From an uncultured Gammaproteobacteria bacterium (GTDB lineage Bacteria; Pseudomonadota; Gammaproteobacteria; Steroidobacterales; Rariloculaceae), in assembly GCA_963742115.1 (NCBI GenBank), contig CAVUKQ010000014.1, forward strand, positions 517,850 through 581,849: a DNA stretch of 64,000 nt, read 5' to 3'. A program made the translations under genes and the position numbers. How positions within the stretch are numbered: the stretch's first letter is position 1; every line of letters begins with the position of its first letter. The notes under the pieces are model-generated. The model did not search any database, was not told the DNA's origin, and saw only the letters and a list, made by a program, of their open reading frames with translations. Shown here one piece after another: positions 40,467 through 54,973 of the stretch.

Positions 40467-41249
40467 CTACAGGCGGCGCTCCGCGATCATCTTCTTGATC
40501 TCGGCGATCGCCTTACCGGGGTTCAGGTCCTTCGGGCAGGCCTGCGTGCAATTGAGGATCGTGTGGCAGCGGTACAACCGGAACGCGTCGTCGAGATCGT
40601 CCAGCCGCTCTCCGGTCATCTCGTCGCGGCTATCGACGATCCAGCGATACGCTTGCAACAGCGCGGCCGGTCCGAGGAACCGATCGGAGTTCCACCAATA
40701 ACTGGGGCACGACGTCGAGCAGCAAGCGCACAGGATGCACGCGGACGGCGTGTTGATCTTCTCCTGGTCCTCTTTCGACTGCAGCCGCTCGCGATCGGGC
40801 GGCGCCGGAGTCTGCGACTGCAACCAGGGCTTAACGGCCGCATATTGCGCGTAGAAATTCGTGAGGTCCCCAACGAGATCCTTGACCACCGGCAAATGCG
40901 GCAGCGGGTAGACGTTCACGGTGCCGGCGCAATCTTCGATCGGCTTCAAGCACGCGAGCGAATTGGTCCCATCGATGTTCATCGCGCACGACCCGCAGAT
41001 GCCCTCCCGGCACGAGCGGCGGAACGCGAGCGACGGATCGATCTCGTTCTTGATCTTGATCAGCGCGTCGAGGACCATCGGCGCGCAGGTGTCCATGTCC
41101 ACCGAGTAGGTGTCGACGTGCGGATTCTCGCCCGTGCTCGGATCGTACCGGTAGATCGCAAACTTCTTGACGTTCTTCGCGCCGTTCGCGCCGCCGTGGT
41201 CCTTGCCGGGCTTGATCTTGGAATTCGCGGGTAGTGAAAACTGCGCCAT
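40467..41249 (-). CDS. sdhB: succinate dehydrogenase iron-sulfur subunit
   Basis: Cysteine clusters [23 protein letters not shown] and [12 protein letters not shown]. Confidence 0.95.
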   Translation of the reverse strand: MAQFSLPANSKIKPGKDHGGANGAKNVKKFAIYRYDPSTGENPHVDTYSVDMDTCAPMVLDALIKIKNEIDPSLAFRRSCREGICGSCAMNIDGTNSLACLKPIEDCAGTVNVYPLPHLPVVKDLVGDLTNFYAQYAAVKPWLQSQTPAPPDRERLQSKEDQEKINTPSACILCACCSTSCPSYWWNSDRFLGPAALLQAYRWIVDSRDEMTGERLDDLDDAFRLYRCHTILNCTQACPKDLNPGKAIAEIKKMIAERRL

Positions 41250-41311
41250 CGTGGCTCCTCAGGGCTCTAGCTCAACACAGATCTCTATGCGGAAATCTCT
41301 AGGCGTCGCCG

Positions 41312-43105
41312 CTAGTACGTGCGCGCCTTCGGCGGAATCGGCTTCACGTCGTCCGTCAGCGTCGTCATCGTCACGGGCCGGTAGTCGAACCGCACGCCGC
41401 CACGCTCGTCGACCCAGCAGAGCGTGTGCTTCATCCAGTTCGCGTCGTCGCGCTCGGGATAGTCCTCGCGCGCCTGCGCGCCGCGGCTCTCGGTGCGATT
41501 CGCCGCGGATTTGATCGTGCCCATCGCTTGCAACAGCAGGTTATGGAGCTCGAGCGTCTCGATGAGATCCGTGTTCCAAACGAGCGTGCGGTCGGTGACG
41601 CCGACATCCGCGAACGACGCGAACACGGCTTCGAGTTTGTCGATACCCTCTTGCAGCGAGTCGCCGGTGCGAAACACCGCCGCGTGATTCTGCATCACGC
41701 GCTGCATCTCGAGCCGGATCTTCGCGGTGGGCGACTTGCCCTTCGCGTTGCGGAGCTGGTCGAGCCGTGCCACGGCCTCATCCCCCGCCCCCGGCGCAAA
41801 CGAACGCGGCCGCGAGCCCTTCTTGATGATCTGCCCGCAGCGATGGGCGGCCGCGCGGCCGAACACGACCAGGTCGATGAGCGAGTTCGAGCCGAGTCGA
41901 TTCGCGCCGTGGACCGACACGCACGCAGCCTCGCCGACGGCCATGAGCCCTTCGACGATGTATTCCTCGCCGCGCGAGCTCTTGCCGATGGCCTCGCCGT
42001 GGTAGTTGGTCGGTACGCCGCCCATGTTGTAGTGCACGGTAGGCAGCACCGGAATCGGTGCCTTCATCACGTCGACGCCCGCGAAGATCTTCGCCGTCTC
42101 CGTGATGCCGGGCAGGCGCTCTTCGATGACCTCGCGGCCGAGGTGCTCGAGGTGCAGGTGCACGTGGTCCTTGTGCTGGCCCACGCCGCGGCCCTCGCGA
42201 ATCTCGATCGTGATCGAGCGGCTCACGACGTCGCGTGAAGCCAAGTCCTTCGCGTTCGGCGCGTAGCGCTCCATGAAGCGCTCGCCGTTCGAGTTCGTGA
42301 GGTAGCCGCCTTCGCCGCGCGACCCCTCCGTGATCAGCATGCCTGCGCCGTAAACTCCGGTCGGATGAAACTGCACGAACTCGAGGTCTTCGAGCGGCAG
42401 CCCGGCGCGCAGGACCATCGCATTGCCGTCGCCCGTGCAGATGTGCGCGGACGTGCAGGAGAAATACGCGCGGCCATAGCCGCCCGTCGCGAGAATCACC
42501 ATTTGCGCGCGGTAGCGGTGCAGCCTGCCCGTCGCAAGGTCGAGCGCGACGACGCCGCGGCAAGCGCCGTTCTCCATGATGAGATCGAGCGCGAAGTACT
42601 CGATGAAGAATTCGGCCGAATGCTTCAACGACTGCTGATAGAGGGTGTGCAGCATCGCATGACCGGTGCGGTCCGCCGCGGCACAGGTCCGCTGCGCGGT
42701 GCCCTGCCCGTAGCGAGTCGTCATGCCGCCGAATGGCCGCTGATAGATGCGGCCGTCCTCGGTGCGCGAGAACGGCACGCCGTAGTGCTCGAGCTCGATG
42801 ACCGACGCGGGCGCCTCCTTGCACATGTACTCGATTGCGTCCTGGTCACCGAGCCAGTCCGATCCCTTGACCGTGTCGTACATGTGCCAGCGCCAATCGT
42901 CCTCGCCCATGTTGCCGAGCGCCGCGCTAATGCCGCCCTGCGCCGCAACGGTGTGGCTGCGCGTCGGGAACACTTTGGTCAAGCACGCGGTCGACAAACC
43001 CTGCTCCGCGAGACCGAGAGTCGCGCGCAGGCCCGCGCCGCCCGCGCCGACGACGACCACGTCGTAGCTGTGGTCGATGAATTCGTAGTCTTTGTTCGAA
43101 GTCAT
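41312..43105 (-). CDS. sdhA: succinate dehydrogenase flavoprotein subunit
   Basis: [28 protein letters not shown].., FAD-linking [10 protein letters not shown], and 597 aa. The ATG overlaps the sdhD stop (ATGA). The upstream part of the 703-aa track ORF is not coding. Confidence 0.95.
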   Translation of the reverse strand: MTSNKDYEFIDHSYDVVVVGAGGAGLRATLGLAEQGLSTACLTKVFPTRSHTVAAQGGISAALGNMGEDDWRWHMYDTVKGSDWLGDQDAIEYMCKEAPASVIELEHYGVPFSRTEDGRIYQRPFGGMTTRYGQGTAQRTCAAADRTGHAMLHTLYQQSLKHSAEFFIEYFALDLIMENGACRGVVALDLATGRLHRYRAQMVILATGGYGRAYFSCTSAHICTGDGNAMVLRAGLPLEDLEFVQFHPTGVYGAGMLITEGSRGEGGYLTNSNGERFMERYAPNAKDLASRDVVSRSITIEIREGRGVGQHKDHVHLHLEHLGREVIEERLPGITETAKIFAGVDVMKAPIPVLPTVHYNMGGVPTNYHGEAIGKSSRGEEYIVEGLMAVGEAACVSVHGANRLGSNSLIDLVVFGRAAAHRCGQIIKKGSRPRSFAPGAGDEAVARLDQLRNAKGKSPTAKIRLEMQRVMQNHAAVFRTGDSLQEGIDKLEAVFASFADVGVTDRTLVWNTDLIETLELHNLLLQAMGTIKSAANRTESRGAQAREDYPERDDANWMKHTLCWVDERGGVRFDYRPVTMTTLTDDVKPIPPKARTY

Positions 43106-43488
43106 GCCGAAGGTCCGAATGCGATCTTCAGGACCGCGAAAATCGTCGCTACGCCCAAACCCCAATGCGCGAATGCGGAGCCCATCACCGCGGCCACTTT
43201 GAGCGCCTTGGTCGTCACGTAGTCTTCGATCACGACTTGCAGGCCGAGATACGAGTGATAAGCCACGGTGACCACGAGCAGGATCAGCAGCACGCTCGTG
43301 AGCGGGCGCCGCACCCAGCCGTAGACGGTGAGATACGAGTAGTCGGGCAGCGCGAGCAACGCCGACGCGAGCCACAGTCCGAGCAGCACGAGCGCGACGG
43401 AAGTGACGCGCTGCATCCACCAATGCTCACCCGCGCCTCCTGCCGTGCCGAGGCCGAGCACGCGACTCAACGGTGTAACGAGACTCAC
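43102..43488 (-). CDS. sdhD: succinate dehydrogenase hydrophobic membrane anchor subunit
   Basis: 128 aa with three TM helices. GTG start has AGGTG 6 nt upstream. It sits between sdhC and sdhA. Confidence 0.85.
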   Translation of the reverse strand: MSLVTPLSRVLGLGTAGGAGEHWWMQRVTSVALVLLGLWLASALLALPDYSYLTVYGWVRRPLTSVLLILLVVTVAYHSYLGLQVVIEDYVTTKALKVAAVMGSAFAHWGLGVATIFAVLKIAFGPSA

Positions 43489-43499
43489 TTAGAGCACCT

Positions 43500-43877
43500 C
43501 TAGAAAATCGCGAACCAGGAGAACACCGCGGTAGCGACCACCGCCAGCGCGAGGACCGTCCACCCCGTCGCAACGATGCGCGCGCGATCGAAGCCCGCAC
43601 CCGTGTCCCACGCGAGATGGCGCACGCCGTTGGCGAGATGAAAGAAGAAGCAGAACGTCCAACCGACGAGCGGCACCTTGAACCACGGCGCGCCGAGCAC
43701 CTGCTGCACGCTCGCATAACTGTCGGCGCCGCCCGCGGCTCCGATGAGCCAGACGCCGAGGACGATTGCGCCCGCGGACAATAACAAGCCCGTGATTCGG
43801 TGCAGACTCGACAGCCACATCGTGATCTGCCACCGATAGATCCAAAACGGCGACAAGGGCCGTTGCACCCATTGCAT
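43500..43877 (-). CDS. sdhC: succinate dehydrogenase cytochrome b556 subunit
   Basis: MQWVQRPLSPFWIYRWQITMWLSSLHRITG.. (RPLSP...SxxHRxTG heme-ligand motif). Confidence 0.85.
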   Translation of the reverse strand: MQWVQRPLSPFWIYRWQITMWLSSLHRITGLLLSAGAIVLGVWLIGAAGGADSYASVQQVLGAPWFKVPLVGWTFCFFFHLANGVRHLAWDTGAGFDRARIVATGWTVLALAVVATAVFSWFAIF

Positions 43878-43960
43878 TTGCCGAGTACTCCTAAGAATCG
43901 ACCTGCCGAACGCGCGCGCCGCGGCCACCGCGGCCACTCGACTCGCGACGTTGGAATCAG

Positions 43961-44179
43961 CTAGAAATCAACGCATCGACCCGCACGCTCCCAGTCGCCG
44001 AAGCGCGTCGGCTCCGGCCCTTTCGGCCCCCCTATCTCGCGTCGGTGCTGCGCGGCGGCGTCGATGTCGCCTCGCACTCGCGGTTGCGAGCCTGCGGGGT
44101 CGTCGAGTTTGCGTCGTGATTCGGCGGATTCGGGCGTAGACTCGCTGTCGATCCGCTCTTGTGTGCGCTCACCGGGCAT
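43961..44179 (-). CDS. DUF1674 protein (SDHAF4-like small protein)
   Basis: 72 aa ending ..IGGPKGPEPTRFGDWERAGRCVDF, the hallmark C-terminus of DUF1674. The rest of the 290-aa track ORF is Arg-rich noise. Confidence 0.7.
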   Translation of the reverse strand: MPGERTQERIDSESTPESAESRRKLDDPAGSQPRVRGDIDAAAQHRREIGGPKGPEPTRFGDWERAGRCVDF

Positions 44180-44289
44180 CGGGTAAAGTTTGCCAGAAAC
44201 GGCGAGGGTCCGCACTACGACGGACGATCGTGACCGCGGCGGACGCGTCAAGAGAACCCTCCTCCACGAACGAACCCACGAGCGATTCG

Positions 44290-45186
44290 ATGACCCCGCG
44301 CTACGGTCCGCTGCCCGACCTAGGCTGCATCGAAGTGCGCGGCGCCGACGCCGCCGCATTTCTTCACGGCCAACTGAGCCGCACGGTCGACTCGCTCGAC
44401 GGGTCACGCGCACCGCTCGCGGGCTGGCACGACGCCAAAGGCCGTGTCCGCGCGCTGCTGCGAATCGTGCGCCTGCCCGATCGCTGGCTGCTGCTTGCGC
44501 CGCGCGACGTGCTGGCGTCCACTGCGAGCCGGCTCCGGATGTTCGTGCTGCGCGCGAAAGTGCAGATCGCGCCGTCCGACGAGTGGCTCGCCGCAGCGCT
44601 CGTTGGAGCGGACGACGAGTGGCTCGCTGCGCACGCCCTACCGGCCGGTACGCCCGTCGGCGGCGTCGTGACTCGGGGCGAGCTTCATTGGGTTCGAATC
44701 GGCGATCGGCTGTGGCATGCGCTCGGCTCCCGCGCGTCCGTCGAAACTTTCGAGCCCGCGTTGCCGCGTGCGAGCGCCGACGAAACGGCGCTCGCCGAAA
44801 TCGAGCTCGGCATTCCGACGATCGGCGCAGCACTCGTCGAGCACTTCGTGGCGCAAATGCTCAACCTCGATCTGCTCGACGCGTTGTCGTTCGACAAAGG
44901 CTGTTACCCCGGCCAAGAAGTGATTGCGCGCGTGCATCACTTGGGCTCCGTCAAGCGCCGGATGCGGCGTTACGCATGTACTTGCGCCGCAGCGCCTGCC
45001 GCGGGCTCTGCCGTCCTCGACGGCGCCGGCAACGCGGCGGGAGAGGTCGTGCGGTCGGCGCGCGCCGCGGGAGCCGGCGCCGAGCTGCTCGCGGTCGTCG
45101 ACCAGGCTGCGGCCCGTGGGGCGCTGACTGTCGAGGGCGCCGAGCTGCGCGAGCTGTCGCTACCGTACGCCGTGCCGCGCGATTGA
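44290..45186 (+). CDS. ygfZ: folate-binding tRNA-modification / Fe-S repair protein YgfZ (CAF17 family)
   Basis: GcvT-like N-terminus (..IEVRGADAAAFLHGQLS..) and the signature SFDKGCYPGQEVIAR. Confidence 0.8.
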   Translation: MTPRYGPLPDLGCIEVRGADAAAFLHGQLSRTVDSLDGSRAPLAGWHDAKGRVRALLRIVRLPDRWLLLAPRDVLASTASRLRMFVLRAKVQIAPSDEWLAAALVGADDEWLAAHALPAGTPVGGVVTRGELHWVRIGDRLWHALGSRASVETFEPALPRASADETALAEIELGIPTIGAALVEHFVAQMLNLDLLDALSFDKGCYPGQEVIARVHHLGSVKRRMRRYACTCAAAPAAGSAVLDGAGNAAGEVVRSARAAGAGAELLAVVDQAAARGALTVEGAELRELSLPYAVPRD

Positions 45187-45258
45187 GGGTCACTCGAGTC
45201 GGCCCGCGCGTCGTCGCACGCGCTCGGCCACCGCCGTCCGCCAGCGGTTAGATCGTCG

Positions 45259-46982
45259 TCAGGCGAGCTTGCGCAGGCCGCTCGCCTGCGTCGCGAGAAC
45301 CTCGGCGAGCACGTCGTAAGGCACGGGTTTCACGAGGTAATCGTCGAAGCCCGCGCGCTTCGCGCGCACGCGGTCGGCATGCCCGCAGAATCCCGTCAAT
45401 GCGATCAACGGCACGTCCTGGAACCGCTCGTCCGCGCGCAGCCGCCGCGCCACTTCGTAGCCGTCGATGTCGGGCAAGCCGATATCGAGCAGCACGAGCT
45501 CGGGCGCGAACTCCTTCGCCGCGGCTGAGACCGTCGCCGCCCGTGTGCGCGAGCTGCACGACGTGCCGACCGTTCTCGCGCAGATGCGCGGCGAGACCCG
45601 TCGCCGTGTCGACGTTGTCGTCGACGATCAGCAGCCGTAGCGGCGGCACGAGCACGCTGCGCGGCCGCTTGGGTGCGTGCGTGACCGACCTCGGGAAGCG
45701 CGTCGAGCAACGGCAGGCGGACGACGAATTCGCTGCCGCGTCCCGGGCCGTCGCTGGTCGCCCACACGGCTCCTCCGTGCAGGGCCACGAGGCCCCGAAC
45801 GAGCGACAGGCCGATTCCGAGGCCGCTATGCGTCCGCGTCTCGGGGGCGTTCGCCTGTGCGAACAGCTCGAACACGCGTTCGAGCATGTCGGTCGGGATG
45901 CCGGCGCCCGTGTCGCGCACGCGGACGAGGGACCAACGCCCGTCCTCTGCGTCAGCCGCGAGCGTCACCTCGATCCTGCCGCCTTCCGGCGTGTACTTCG
46001 CGGCGTTCGCGAGCAGATTGATGAACACCTGAGTCAGACGGACGAGGTCGCCTTCGACGTAGAGCGAGTCTTTCGCGAACCGAACCGCCACGGTGTGGCG
46101 GCGCGCGTCGATCAACGAGCGGACAGCCTCGACCGATTGGCGCAGGACGCTCTCGAGATCGAGCGGCTCGCGCTGGAGGCGAACGCTGCCGCTCGTGATC
46201 CGGCGCACGTCGAGCAAGTCGTCGATGAGCCGCGTGAGATGCTTGAGCTGGCGGTCGAGCAGGTCTCGGACCCAGTCGACCCGCTCCGAGCCGAGTTTGG
46301 CCGCGTGCATCAGCTGTACCGCATTGTGCATCGCGGACAGCGGATTGCGGAGCTCGTGCGCGAGGATCGCGAGAAACTCGTCCTTGCGACGCGCTTCGTC
46401 TTGCAGCAGCGATTCCGCGCGTTTGCGTTCCGCGATCTCGCCGAGCATCTGCTCGTTGGCGCGCTCGAGCGTGCGATTCAGGCTCTGCAGCTCGCGCGTG
46501 TTGTCCGCCTTGAGCTGGTCGTGCGCGGCCGCGAGCTTCGTGTTCGCTACCGCCATTGCCTCGTTGAGGCGCGAGAGCTCGCGGCGCTGAAGGTAGAGCT
46601 GCACGAGCACCGACACCTTGCCGCGCAGAATCTCCGGGATAACGGGCACCGACACGTAATCGACGGCGCCCATCTCGTAGCCGCGCAGCCGGTCGAGATC
46701 CGTGAGGTGCACGCCCGTGACGAAGATGATTGGCGTCTGCGCCGAACGCGGATGGCCGCGGATCATCGCGGCGGTCTCGAAGCCGTCCATCCCCGGCATG
46801 CTCACGTCGAGCAGGATCGTCGCGACCTCCATCTCGAGCAGCTTCACGAGCGCCTCGTTGCCCGACTGGGCGCGCACGAGGTTGTGTCCGAGGCTGCCGA
46901 GGATCGCCTCGTAAGTGAGGAGGCGCGCCGGCGTGTCGTCGACGAGCAGGATGTTGGCCCGTTCGCCGCCGGCAGGGCTCAT
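45259..46982 (-). CDS. hybrid sensor kinase, REC-HisKA-HATPase_c-REC; two frame breaks
   Basis: N-terminal receiver (ILLVDDTPARL...ILLDVSMPGMDG), coiled coil, H-box LAHELRNPL, N/G boxes (NLLANAAKYT, DTGAGI, GLGIGL). The frame is then lost near 45670 into LRLLIVDDNVDT.. and again near 45523 into ..APELVLLDIGLPDIDGYEV..LVKP. Length is 3n+2. It starts 14 nt after the upstream kinase stop. Confidence 0.75.
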
Positions 46983-46996
46983 CCGGGGCTGCCCGC

Positions 46997-51886
<4,890 letters not shown>

Positions 51887-51967
51887 CCAGAAGCTCCCTG
51901 AACAAGGCTGCGGGTCGGACCCCTGTGCCGGCCGCTCATCGTTTTCTTTAGAATTCTTGGTTCAGTT

Positions 51968-51982
51968 TTCCAAAATTTGGAA
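51968..51982. promoter_or_regulatory. 15-bp perfect palindrome TTCCAAA-A-TTTGGAA in the AT-rich patch upstream of the poly-HAMP kinase
   Basis: It lies 82-96 nt upstream of the kinase ATG (51886), inside the only markedly AT-rich stretch of the window. On the minus strand it overlaps a possible TTGGAA-N17-TAAAGA promoter. Confidence 0.3.
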
Positions 51983-52202
51983 TGGCTAAGCCTTACCGCC
52001 GGCGTCGGTTTTCGACCTGCGCCTTTTGCACCCCGCGTCTTCGCACGTGCGGCCGGGCCATCCCGCCAGACCAAACTTCAGAAGCACGCTTAGTGGTTGC
52101 AACGGCCATGCCACGAGGGCTCCCAGAGCGACGGGCGCAGCGGTCCGAGCCGATCGGACGCCACCACGCGTGCCGAAGAGCTATGAATAAGGAGTGCGGT
52201 CC

Positions 52203-52227
52203 GGTGCGTTCCGCGCAGGAACGCACC
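52203..52227 (-). terminator. possible lysS terminator hairpin
   Basis: GGTGCGTTCC-tgcgc-GGAACGCACC is a 10-bp stem about 60 nt after the lysS stop. The U-tract is poor (..CTCCTTATTC). Confidence 0.4.
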
Positions 52228-52286
52228 ACGGTAACCGCGGGCCGCGCGCGGCGGCCGGAGGGGGCCGACGGGGCCGCCGTGCGAGG

Positions 52287-53780
52287 CTAGGTTTCGGGCT
52301 TGAGCTGAGGGAACAGCAGTACGTCGCGGATCGAGGCGGAGTTCGTGAGCAGCATCGCGAGGCGGTCTATCCCCAAGCCGAGCCCCGCGGCGGGCGGCAT
52401 GCCGTACTCGAGCGCGCGAATGTAGTCGTCGTCGAAGAACATCGCCTCCTCGTCGCCCTGGGCTTTTGCGTCGACCTGGGCACGGAAGCGCGCGGCCTGG
52501 TCCTCGGGATCATTGAGCTCGGAAAAGCCGTTCGCGAGCTCGCGGCCGCCGATGAAAAGCTCGAACCGATCGGTCACGAACGGATCCGCGTCGTTGCAGC
52601 GGGCGAGCGGCGACACTTCCGCCGGGTACTGCGTGACGAACACAGGGGTGCGCAGCGTCGTCTCCACCGTCTTCTCGAACAGCTCGTATTGCAGCTTGCC
52701 GGCGCCGGATTCGGGCCGCGCCACGATGCCCTTCTGCGCGCAGACGCTCGCGAGCACCGCTCGATCGCGGATGTTCTCCGGCTTGAGCTCGGGATTGGCG
52801 CGCTGCAGCGCAGCTTCCACCGTGATCTCGCCGAACTTCTGGCCGAGGTCGATGCGCTCGCCTTGGTAATCGATGCTCGCGTCGCCCACTAGCGTTAGGG
52901 CCGCGTTACGGATGAGATTCTCGGTGAGCGTCATCAAATCACGGTAGTTCGCGTACGCCTGATAGAGCTCGAGCATCGTGAACTCGGGATTGTGCCGAGT
53001 CGACAGGCCTTCGTTGCGGAACACTCGGTTCAGCTCATAGACGCGCTCGAAGCCGCCGACGAGCAGTCGCTTGAGGTAGAGCTCGGGGGCGATGCGCAAG
53101 TAGAGCGTCGAATCGAGTGCGTGGTGATGCGTGACGAACGGCCGCGCGGTCGCGCCGCCCGGGATCGGGTGCATCATCGGCGTCTCGACCTCGGCGAAAT
53201 CGAGCGCGTCGAGAAACTGGCGCACGAAGCGCGTCAGAGCACTGCGCTTGCGGAAGATCTCGCGCGTCTCCTCGCTCATGATCAAGTCGACGTAGCGCTG
53301 GCGCAGTTTGAGCTCGGCGTCGGCAATCCCATGCCACTTCTCGGGCAACGGCCGCAGCGATTTCGTGAGCAGGCGAAGCTCCGCGACGTCTACCGACAGC
53401 TCGCCCGTCTTGGTCTTGATGAGCTCGCCGCGCGCGCCGACGATGTCGCCGACGTCCCACTTCTTGAACTCGGCGTACTTCGGCTCCGTGATTCGGTCGC
53501 GCCGAATCATCAGTTGGATCTGCCCGGAGCGGTCTTGGAGCTTCACGAAGCTGCTGCCGCCCATCACACGCTTGACCATCAGCCTGCCCGCGACTGCGAC
53601 GGCGACCGGCGTCGCGGCAAGAGACTCCGCGCTGTGCGCCTGAAACGCCGCGAGCAACTCGCCCGCGAGCGCGTCGCGCTTGAAGTCGTTCGGGAACGCG
53701 GGGCCGGCGTCGCGCAACCGCGCGAGCTTCGCGCGTCGCTCCGCGATCAGTCTGTTCTCTTGCCCGTCGTTCTCACTCAT
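52287..53780 (-). CDS. lysS: lysine--tRNA ligase (class II)
   Basis: 497 aa with an OB anticodon-binding domain, motif 2 FRNEG and motif 3 [13 protein letters not shown]. Confidence 0.95.
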   Translation of the reverse strand: MSENDGQENRLIAERRAKLARLRDAGPAFPNDFKRDALAGELLAAFQAHSAESLAATPVAVAVAGRLMVKRVMGGSSFVKLQDRSGQIQLMIRRDRITEPKYAEFKKWDVGDIVGARGELIKTKTGELSVDVAELRLLTKSLRPLPEKWHGIADAELKLRQRYVDLIMSEETREIFRKRSALTRFVRQFLDALDFAEVETPMMHPIPGGATARPFVTHHHALDSTLYLRIAPELYLKRLLVGGFERVYELNRVFRNEGLSTRHNPEFTMLELYQAYANYRDLMTLTENLIRNAALTLVGDASIDYQGERIDLGQKFGEITVEAALQRANPELKPENIRDRAVLASVCAQKGIVARPESGAGKLQYELFEKTVETTLRTPVFVTQYPAEVSPLARCNDADPFVTDRFELFIGGRELANGFSELNDPEDQAARFRAQVDAKAQGDEEAMFFDDDYIRALEYGMPPAAGLGLGIDRLAMLLTNSASIRDVLLFPQLKPET

Positions 53781-53785
53781 CGAAC

Positions 53786-54881
53786 TTACAATCCTTGCTT
53801 CAAGCTTTCCTGCAGAAAGTCGTCGAGATCACCGTCGAGGATGGCTTGCGGCTGACCGCTCTCGAGGTTGGTGCGCAAATCCTTCACGCGCGACTGGTCG
53901 AGGACGTACGAGCGAATCTGATTGCCCCAGCCGATGTCCGCCTTGTTGTCTTCGACGATCTGCGCCTGCTCCCTGCGCTTCTGCTCCTCGAGCTCGTAGA
54001 GCTTCGCACGCATCTGGTTCATCGCGGTGGCTCGGTTCTTGTGTTGCGACCGCTCGTTCTGGCACTGCACGACGATACCGGTCGGGATGTGCGTGATCCT
54101 TATCGCCGACTCGGTCTTGTTGACGTGCTGGCCGCCCGCGCCGCTCGCGCGGAACACGTCGACGCGCAGATCCGCCGGATTGAGCTCGACCTCGATATCG
54201 TCCTCGATCTCGGGCGCGACGAACACCGCCGCGAACGACGTGTGGCGCCGGTGCCCCGAGTCGAACGGCGACTTGCGTACGAGCCGGTGGACGCCGGTCT
54301 CGGTGCGGAGCCAACCGTAGGCGTACTCGCCGCGAAAGTGCAGCGACGCGCTCTTGATGCCCGCGACCTCGCCGTCGACCGTGTCGAGCACGTCGATCGC
54401 AAAGCCGCGCCGCTCGCCCCACCGCAGGTACATGCGCAGCAGCATGCTCGCCCAGTCCTGAGCTTCGGTACCGCCCGATCCGGCCTGTATGTCGACGAAC
54501 GCGTTGTGCGCGTCCATCTTGCCCGAGAACATCCGGGTGAACTCGAGGCGCTCGAGCTCCTTCGTGACGCCGGCGATCTGACCGATCACGTCCGCGAGGG
54601 TGCCTTGATCCTGCTCCTCCGCCGCGAGCTCGTGCAGCTCCGCGGCCTCGCCGAGCGTTTTGTCGATGCGTCCGAGCGTGCCGACGACGGCTTCGAGCGC
54701 CGCGCGCTCGCGGCCTAGGTTCTGCGCGCGCTCCGAGTCGGACCAGACGTTCGGGTCCTCTAGCTCGCGGTTGACTTCCTCGAGCCGCTCGCGCTTCGCG
54801 TCATAGTCAAAGGTACCCCCGGAGAGCGACGGCGCGCTCCTGCAGCGAGACGATGGCGGGTGCGATCTGGTTGGGTTCCAT
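53786..54881 (-). CDS. prfB: peptide chain release factor 2 (programmed +1 frameshift)
   Basis: ATG at 54881 gives [24 protein letters not shown], then an in-frame TGA. The +1 frame continues [12 protein letters not shown]...SPF...[11 protein letters not shown] (GGQ motif). Confidence 0.95.
54806..54811 (-). promoter_or_regulatory. prfB programmed +1 ribosomal frameshift site (CTT TGA C)
   Basis: Minus strand reads CGGGGGTAC CTT TGA CTA, with an SD-like GGGGG 3 nt upstream of the CUU-UGA slippery stop. This is identical in logic to the E. coli prfB site. Confidence 0.9.
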
Positions 54882-54973
54882 GACTCTGTGTCGAGAAATT
54901 TGCGCGCAAATGGTAGCACGGCGTCGATTCGATCAGGCCGCACGCCGCGCGCCGGCGGCGACGGCCGCCGCAT

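Noticed and set aside
43961-44833. A 290-aa minus-strand ORF overlapping ygfZ.
   Set aside because: Only its last 72 codons (from ATG 44179) have a recognisable, conserved sequence (the DUF1674 C-terminus). The remainder is Arg-rich and antisense to the well-supported ygfZ.
45405-45660. The Arg-rich 85-aa tail of the REC-HK ORF (..AAATAADRRRQRRHGDGSRR..), considered as a novel C-terminal domain.
   Set aside because: The neighbouring frames over the same DNA encode a textbook receiver domain (LRLLIVDDN...LLDIGLPDIDG...LVKP). The tail is out-of-frame read-through caused by an indel.
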